From NCBI RefSeq assembly GCF_009914755.1, contig NC_060930.1: a stretch of DNA of 64,000 bases. One strand, given 5' to 3'. This document shows positions 55,226-64,000 of this stretch, in pieces. The notes under the pieces are model-generated. The model was not told where the DNA came from. It saw only the letters and a program-made list of their open reading frames with translations, and did no database searches. The position numbers were made by a program, and so were the translations under genes. The stretch is from the human T2T-CHM13v2.0 reference genome, Homo sapiens. The first letter of the stretch is position 1; each line of letters starts with the position of its first letter.

Positions 55226-58140
55226 CAACAATCATTTGTACAACCTGGCTTGTAAATTGCTTCTTCCAAATTTAAAATAAACACACACGCACACGCACAC
55301 GCACCCCTTCATTTTATGCTTTCTCATTATATATACTGGCAAAATATTCTTTCATGATATTTTACAAACAAAATTCCTAAACATAGAGGAAAGAATAGAG
55401 TTCATCAGCTGAATCTGCACATTTCACCTTGGGCTCATTTTGAAATTTATATTTTTAAAGTCAAGGGAAATTCACAAGTTTCCTTTACATTATGCCATCT
55501 CCTTTTATCATTAAAAACAACAAAAACAAAACATTTACTTGTCAGCAACTTTCTTCTCTGTAATAAAATACCTTTATATGAATTATCTTTCTCCTGCAAT
55601 GAGCATTGTTTAATATTATCAAAAGTTTTTTATCTCAAAAATTATTGTACATGATACACTAGAGATATTATTTGAATGTTGTGGAAGTACCTTGTACAAA
55701 TTTATTTTCTTGATATTTAGTTCTATAAAAGCTTCCCTGATTTCTCCCAAGGTGGTCACTTATTTTGTGCTGTTAGCGTACCTTTGTGTCACTAGTATTG
55801 TGGTAGTATTATACTATATTTTAAATATTCATTTTCAAGCCTATCTTTGCAAAGGGCTCATGAATTTCCCGATTAAAGGGACTATGTAATATTCAGTTTT
55901 ATGTCTCCAATAACTCTCATGATGTATGGTATCTATTAGTTTTCAATAAATGTTAACGAATGATTTAAAATGATTGAACTGAATTATTGACAGATGTTTG
56001 AAACTTGACTAATTTTTATTCAAGTTGAAATAATATGTAAAGTAAGCAATCACAACATTCAGCTTCCTTCATGAAGTCCAGAAGAGAACTGAACATATTG
56101 CCCAAGTGCCCAGAGGGCCCTAAAATATAGATGTGTGTTCATTAGGCTAATTGGAGACAGGTAGACAAAAATCCTCCTTTGAAATTTGTCCTCATAGGCA
56201 ATGGCATTATTCCCAGGCTTATCAAGTTCTTTCCCTTGGCAGATCTCTGTGGTCCATCTGCTGAACTTAAATGCTGAAATGGTCTCAATGTGAACATGCC
56301 TAATGGACATCTTTATTCTGAGTGGCTATACCAGCACAATCCATAAATCTGAGCTATTTCAGATTACAAATGGAATTGTTCTCCACAGTGTTCCATTGCC
56401 TTATAGATAATAATTTTGGATGAAAGCCCAAACTCATGAAATTAGCTCTAAGAGTTCAATTGATATTAGCAATGTACATTGCTTGCAAGTCCTCTTAATT
56501 CATCTATATATCTGAACTCATTCATTTTACTATTTCCAAGCTAATTCTATGGAGTTCAAGTAAAGACTCCATCTACTTTGTGGTTTTTGAAAATCCTGTT
56601 AGCAAATTCTGTTCTTTTAGGTAACTGTTTTCATTTTTCTTACAGTTTTAGCAACTCCAAGTTTTAAGAACTAATCATCAAGCATTAAGTTTCTCGTGGC
56701 ACACACTGTGATGAAGCTGGGGTGGGTGAGGAATGAAGCTGTAGTCATCCCAGTCTATGATTAGATAGTAATTTAAACTTAGAAGGGGAAATTAGAAATT
56801 TTCATTTGGCCCCCTGTTCCCATCCACAGTTCCTATTAAATTTATCTGTAATAAGACTGATATCTTGACAGGCCTGACACTTGTGTCTTAGTTCTCAATT
56901 AATTCTGAACTTTGGAGGTGAAGAAAGTAGCATAAGTTATTATTAGCTTCCTTAGATACCAACATATAACATTAATTATGTTTTCTTCTTTTCATCTATT
57001 GCTACTGAGCTGGCTTTGATTTTCTCAATTATCATGAGGCACATGATCTGTGAAATATACTGCTTCTATTATCATCTTTACAATGAAAAGCTTGAAAAGT
57101 TACAAACAGAACCAATCAGTATGAAATAGAAAAATAAGACTCAAGCATTTTTTTAAAAGGCAGAAAATTTTAAATAATTATATAAAATAATTAAAAGGAA
57201 CTTTTAAAAAGATTCAACACTTAGGTAATGAGATTCATAATAATGTGAAAGAGGACAGACGTGTTAAAAAGAAAAGGAGCTTTGTCTTGCAGAAAAAAAA
57301 CTGGGATAATAGAACTCCCCCAAGAGAACCATGGGAAGTTGGAGGAATTCGTGGTTTTAAAGAATCAACAGGTTCTCAAGACAATAAAATACACCTGGCA
57401 ATTGAGACTTCACAAGGAATGACAGTCAAGCCATTGCCTAAAGGCTTCCTGGATGACAAAGGGCCAGTAGAGCCTTGCAAGGACAGCTTCTGGTGTCCAA
57501 TTTTTCTCTAGAGAGAAGACAGTCCACATGTCACACAGTCAAATTGGACACTGACTCACTAGGTAAGGCCAAAGTCTTCTGCTCTTTCAAAACAGATATT
57601 TGTTTATAGCTATTGCTTTGAATCTGTAGGATTATCTTTGTTTATAAGTATACTTAGGGCCAAACCTTCCTCAACTCAGCTCCTGGGTGACTTCCTGGAT
57701 TTCTAGGCACTAATGTTCAAATTGCCCAGCAACTTCAAACATGCCATTATTCTATTTAGGCATTTTTATTCTAACACCTACTTTGGTATTTATCCTTTGT
57801 TGTCCTCTTTTATTCCCAAGTATTAGAGTTTTTGATACTGCAGTTCTTTCAGATACCAATTGTTGCCCTAGATGATAAAAAACCAGCCTGATCTAATGTT
57901 CATCAGGAGTTCTGAGGGTAGAAAATGTTTGTTTCTGGGAAAAGGAATTGGAATATGTAAAGAGGATCAGGAACACGTCTTAGTGTATGTATGTGTTGTA
58001 AAGAGCTTTAATATATAGCATTACATATAAAACATCAGATTCTAGAACTTAGGAAATGGAGTATGTTGGTGAAATTTTAAAACTAAGTGAAATAAAGATG
58101 CAAACAAAAATGTTAGTAAAATTCTTACATGAATGTAGAT

Positions 58141-58313
58141 CAGTCTGATCCTCAGACCAGCAGCATCAGCATCACCTGAATCTATTTGAAATGCAAATTC
58201 TTCTACCCCCTCCCCTGATCTACCAGATAGAAACTGTGGGTGGGATCCAGCAGTCAGGGTTAGAACAAGGCCTTCAGGTGATTCTGATAAATAGTAAAGT
58301 TTGCAAACCACTG
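58141..58313. mobile_element. MER5A (hAT-Charlie MITE)
   Basis: gaccagcagcatcagcatcacctg...gaaatgcaaattct...caggtgattctgat...aaagtttgcaaaccactg. Confidence 0.85.
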
Positions 58314-58788
58314 GCATAGTCTATAAATAAGTTAAAAATTCATCCCAAGTTATTTCTTAAGAATCTCATTCACACTTTATATAATAAATGAATGCTGGGA
58401 ATTTGAAATGAAAGAAATAACAAGTTTAAACAGCCACATGGTAACGACTGACAACATTTGATATTAATTACAAGTTGGAATTGACAAGTGAATTATTTGT
58501 AATTGACATACATTAAGTTTGAAGGAAGCTAGAGTATTTTTAAACATCTCTTAAGTGTATAGAGACTGTCTTCTAAATAGCAGATAATAGAACTAGTATT
58601 ATATTACATTTTATTTCTGCTCAGCTAAACTTATAAGGAAGTCAGTAAAATTTTCAAAGGCAACAAATTCCTTTAATGAAGCCAAGCTAACAAAGAGAAA
58701 ATCAAATAAAAATCCTTTGCTTGAGAAGAAAATATCAGATGTAAGAAGAACACAGAAGAGAAATCAACAGCTGGGCTGAGCAACATAC

Positions 58789-59448
58789 TGATAAGGCTCC
58801 GATGACTGGAGGAACACCAGGGTCCTTTGCCTCACGCCGATTTAGATAAAAGAATATGGGACACACATGGAGTGGTTTTAAGGTGCAGAGAGTTAAATAG
58901 GCAAAAAATAAAGAAGGAAGAAGCTCCCCCATACAGAGACGGATGGAGGGGGCTCCAAGCCCAGAGAAGAAACCCCGAGTGCTGGGGTGGTAGGGGGCAG
59001 GCAGGGGCAGGCAGGAACAGGCGGTTATATTAGGATACTAGGAGGCTGGAGAAGGTGATGTCTGATTTGCATAGGGCCCAGGGGATTGGTTTGACCAGGT
59101 ATGTCATTCACGTAGCCAGCCAAAAAATTGGCCCTCTCACCCTAGCCTTTAAATATGCAAATGCAGGGTGCCGTGATGTCCTGCATATGTGGGGTTATCT
59201 GGGGACAGCCATGATGGTTGCCACAGGGGGTGACAAGGAGAAGAGGGCGGAATCGCCGTATTGGATGGACCCAGTTTCTAATGGCCTGCATTCGCCTATC
59301 AAAGCTTGCCAGCCTGGCCCTTCAAGCTGCTTTTCTGCTAGACAAGAAATGTTTCTGGAGCTGCTTTAAAAGAAAAAAAAAAACCTTACCAAGGGAACCC
59401 TTATCCTTTCTATCTGCCTAAAATAATTTCTTAATAATTCCTATAATA
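58789..59448 (-). mobile_element. ERV1-class solo LTR (MER4-group; subfamily uncertain)
   Basis: 660 bp flanked by 4-bp TSD ATAC (58785-58788, 59449-59452); TG at the left end, decayed CA at the right; minus strand begins ttataggaattattaagaaattattttaggcagatag. Confidence 0.8.
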
Positions 59449-61454
59449 ATACTCAGGTCAGTGAGCAAACCAAACTAAGCCAGAAGTCTCAGACATAGAA
59501 GTTTTCACTTACAAAATGTTTGAAATTAAAGTTCTGAATAATTGCAGTGTACTGATGATGGGGGTTGCTACTGACTCTGAATCTAGGGGCATGTGTAATA
59601 AGGAAGGAAATTGATGGAGATGGAATAAATTCAGCCAATGGAGTACTAGCCACTGGTGTGAGAAAATGGAAAATGATGTCTATCTCACAGATAAAAACTT
59701 AATAAAAAGAGTTTAAGATACAGACTGTTGACAATCCATGCTGACTCATGACCCGCCATCTAAGGATGAATTAAAAGACAGATAAATAGTTTGGCAAATG
59801 TCACTTTTTCCTTTCAGTTGACCAAAGCTTGATGAAAAACATCTGCACAACTTTGCCTCAGGAAGTTGAGATCCTTAAGAAAATCCACGAGCAAACAGGC
59901 ATGACTCTGAAATCAGCTGAATCATGGAGCCTATATACTGGAAGAGGAGGGAAGGCTGTAAGGTGCAGAGAAGAGCAGGCTTAAAGGCAGAGGATTTAAG
60001 AGATAGAGGATGAGTTGCACGAAATGGAGAGATCCTACTGAAACCAGATTGCTCGTCTTCTGAAGACAATCTTTGCCAAGGTCTTGCTGTTTTTCACAGC
60101 TCTTAAGGTGCGTAGCACAGGAAACCTGCATGTTTTCATTCCAGTTCATGTAACTTGGTTAATTGACAAACGCTGTAAAATTAAGCCCCATAAAAATATA
60201 TTGCTTCTCTAAAAATTTTAAACAAAAAGATCTATCCCCATACATTTTTTACCTATATGTTGGTTTAGAGAAAGACCCTTTGAGTACATTTGATGTCTTT
60301 TAATATAAACGTTTGGTCCTGGAGACAAGGGGCACAAATGATTGCATTTTTAAAAAACAACTCCATGATAATGGTAGAAAAGCCCCAAATAGGAAGCAAT
60401 GGATTAAAAGAGAGAGAGGGAGAGGAAACAAATTTAGATTTGGTGAAAGAGAGAAAATACCTACACAAAGGAATACAGGGAGGCTGATAGTAGCTCTTCC
60501 TTTATCACCAAACCTAAATGACCTAAATAAACTGGAACCAGTTTATTCTGCTGCAATGAAGATGGTAATTTGCATCAAGTGAGTGATTAGATCTGTTCTG
60601 ATTTCATTAAGTCGCTCTCAGCCAGAAACACACTTATGAATATTTCTGGACTCTGTTCTCTTTCCTGATCCATCTGCTTATTCATACTCCAGTAAAGCAC
60701 AGTTTTAGTTTCTCCCACATTATAAAATATTGTAACACTGAGTTGGGACTACTGTACCTTTATTATTCATCTTCTTAGAAATAGTTCTGTATATTTTAAT
60801 GTTAGTTTATTTTCAAATTAATATCACTTTGCTTTCACTAAAAATAACCTTGTTTTTATTGAGATTGCATTATAAAAATTTATTAAGGAAGTATAAATTA
60901 AGACAGTGTTAATAACTTAATACTACTGAGTCTTCTTGTCCAGGAGCAAAGTATGTCTTCATCTTTACTTTCACTTCAGTCTCTTTCATGCCTTTCATTA
61001 AAGTTTTTTATAGCTATCTTGATATCGGTAGTGCACAATTATTTTTGTTTCTACAATATATTATTCCATTTTATATTTTTATCCAGTAATTATTTGGATG
61101 AAGATTTATATTTCTTTTTGTTTTCTGAATAACTTACTCACTTTTGTAATCACGTTTAGTATTTTTATTTTTAGTTCAGAAAACATGTTCTCATGTTTTC
61201 CAGTTGTGTAATTTTAACATCTGCAAAGGCTGAAGTCTGCCTTCTTACCATTTATTTTGTGCACCTTCCTAACTGCATAAGCCAATATTTCTGGAACAGC
61301 CTGGCTAATAATGATAATAATGGCAGTTTTTATACCATTCATTACAACTGAAGAGAAAGATGCTGACTTTTAATTTGAAACATAAATTTTACTATCAAAT
61401 TTTAAATTACTACTTCTATTTTGTTAAGATTGTTGACTTTTATTAACAATTTCT

Positions 61455-61748
61455 GGCCAGGTACGGTGGTGCCTGTAATCCCAGCACTTTGGGAAGCTGA
61501 GGCAGGCAGATCACTTGAGCCTAGGTGTTTGACACCAACCTGAGCAACATGGCGAAACCCAGTCTCTAGCAAAAATATAAAAATTAGCCGGGCATGGTGA
61601 TGCACACCTGTAATCCCAGCTACTTAGGAGGCTGAGGCAGGAGGATTGCTTGAACCTGGGAAGTGGAGGTTGCAGTGACCTGAGATCACACCACTGGACT
61701 CTGGCCTGGATGACAGAGCAAGACCCTGTCTCAAAAAAAAAAAAAAAA
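61455..61748 (+). mobile_element. Alu (AluJ-like)
   Basis: Dimer with gatcacttgagcc, gaggattgcttgaa and gaccctgtctc; poly(A). Confidence 0.93.
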
Positions 61749-62744
61749 TTCATATGCTTTTTCTTCTTTATAGATCTTAAGAGTCTCACAAGTAAGGATG
61801 TAAACTTCAAGTTATGAAATATTCAATGCCAGATACAAACCAGTGACAACACATTGGTCAACTTCTAGTTCTAAATCAAAACTACCATGCAGCACCCACT
61901 ACTATCATCCCGAATTCTCTAAGTTCTGCCGTGCCAAATAATACTTAACCTTGCTTGCTTAGAGGACAGGGAGCAGAGCTCTGAAATTGAGCTGCGTCTT
62001 TTTCACAATTAGGCTGCAAAAGAATCCATGACTTGCTCCATGTCATGATAAATAGGTATTTTTTAACAAAATAATTGATTAAATTATTCTTACCAAGCAC
62101 ATTAGTCATACCTGATTTATACCCAGAAGAAACGGGTCTTGAAGTTTTACCAGTGACAGGGAAACAAAAGTCAGGAATCTGGACTAATAACATGAGTAAT
62201 TTCCATTAATTTCAGTCCCACAGATTCTCCCATAAATTTAGATTAGGAAAAGAAAGATATTGAAGGCAGAAATTTCCCATGACAGGTCGCATATTCATTT
62301 TGCAAATATCACAGAAGAGGGGTAAATATAAATATAAATCAAGTGCCTATTATGACAAGACCGTGTGCTCAATAAGCACGGCTCTAAGGCAAACACAAGA
62401 ATTGCATCTCTGGTAAAAGATATTCTTCATTCTGAGACACCTTTTTCAATAAACAGAACTCAACAGTCCTAAGGCTGAGTAATGTCAAACTAAGTAAACA
62501 GAGGAACCATTTTACTTCAAAGCACATTTCATCCAAGAACTCCACATGCTAGAGGGGTTTTAACTTTCATTCTAAAGAATAGAAAAGGCCGAAGAAGTTA
62601 AGTGACTTTCCCTGTTTATTGTACAACATAATAATTATTTAGATGCTACATGTCAAGTCATCAAGTTTTAGAGATACAGCATTACTGTTAAGCCATATAT
62701 GATGAGAAATGAGAAAAAACAAAAATCTATAGAGAATTTCATAA

Positions 62745-62890
62745 TGAAATGATCTACTTTTATAATATATATAAAATTATATTATTTTTGTAATATATAT
62801 AAAAAATATGATTTTATATATAAAAAGATCTATTTTTATAATATATATAAAAATAGATTATTTTATCACATGATATATAAAATAGATGGT
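62745..62890. repeat. Degenerate AT-rich low-complexity repeat
   Basis: Recurrent ttttataatatatataaaa and gatcta units. Confidence 0.7.
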
Positions 62891-63109
62891 TTTGTCCTCT
62901 CTCATATAATTCGTACTTACACAGGCTCTATAATTCTTCTAGGCTGTAAAATATCCTTTGTAGAAAGAGCTAAATATTAGTACATGGAAATATTTTCAGC
63001 TCCTTATTAAAATATGAGACTGCTGAAAAACAATAATTAGACTTCAATATTTAGGAGCTTTTGCATACTTTAAATGCTATGGTTTATTTTTAATATTTTC
63101 AAGATTTTA

Positions 63110-63465
<356 letters not shown>

Positions 63466-64000
63466 GCAGTAAAATGTGCCAGTAGAAGGAAACTGATCAC
63501 TGATAGCATGCTTTTAATAGGCCAAATTAAATCAGACTTTCTAGGAACAAGAAGTGAAAATGTCACTTTTTTGGCATGATGCTAATAAGAATACAGATAC
63601 CATAAATCTTTGTAAAGAATTTTCCAGAACAATACATAATACCTCATTGGTTTTGTTTAACATTTCCATCTGCATTTGAAACATCTCACTCAGATTGATA
63701 CCTTTCCCAATTATAATTAATGCAGAACCTGTGACAGTAGGATCTTGATTTATTTTAATTATTTTCTAAAACTTTTTCAAATTACTTTGTCTTTTATAAT
63801 GTTGTTTCATAGCTAGATGGTACAAGAGCAGACATGACCTTCAATCAATATTTTAATTGAATTCATTGAGTTCGCTAGAAACTTGATCATACCTGAGTAA
63901 AATGATAAAATTTAGATTCTAAGCCACCCAGGCCAAGAAATGGATCCTATGGAGACTCATCAACAGACAGACAGCCCAGGAAGTCCACATCAAACAGCAG

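Overview
AT-rich hominoid (most likely human) genomic DNA, intergenic or deep-intronic. The SVA retrotransposon restricts it to hominoids. I cannot support any intact protein-coding gene, RNA gene or CRISPR array; nearly all long ORFs in the track lie inside Alu, SVA, L1 or LTR sequence. The clearest features are: an apparently full-length minus-strand SVA with a 14-bp TSD (10919-12554); a full-length processed NPM1 pseudogene (minus, 40632-42300) with an L1 3' fragment in its 3' UTR; a solo LTR12 (ERV9) with 12 CCAAT boxes and a CTTG TSD (51729-53433); a second ERV1-class solo LTR with an ATAC TSD (58789-59448); 11 Alus; several L1s, one with twin-priming inversion geometry; and MaLR LTRs, DNA-transposon relics, L2 and MIR. 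I found no evidence of a new biological system. The best leads are a four-layer nested insertion stack around the NPM1 retrocopy, a 43-bp copy duplicated 3 kb away, possible cap-derived Gs at two retroposon 5' ends, and a hypothetical LTR12-driven spliced non-coding transcript. Repeat subfamily names come from remembered consensus features, not a search.
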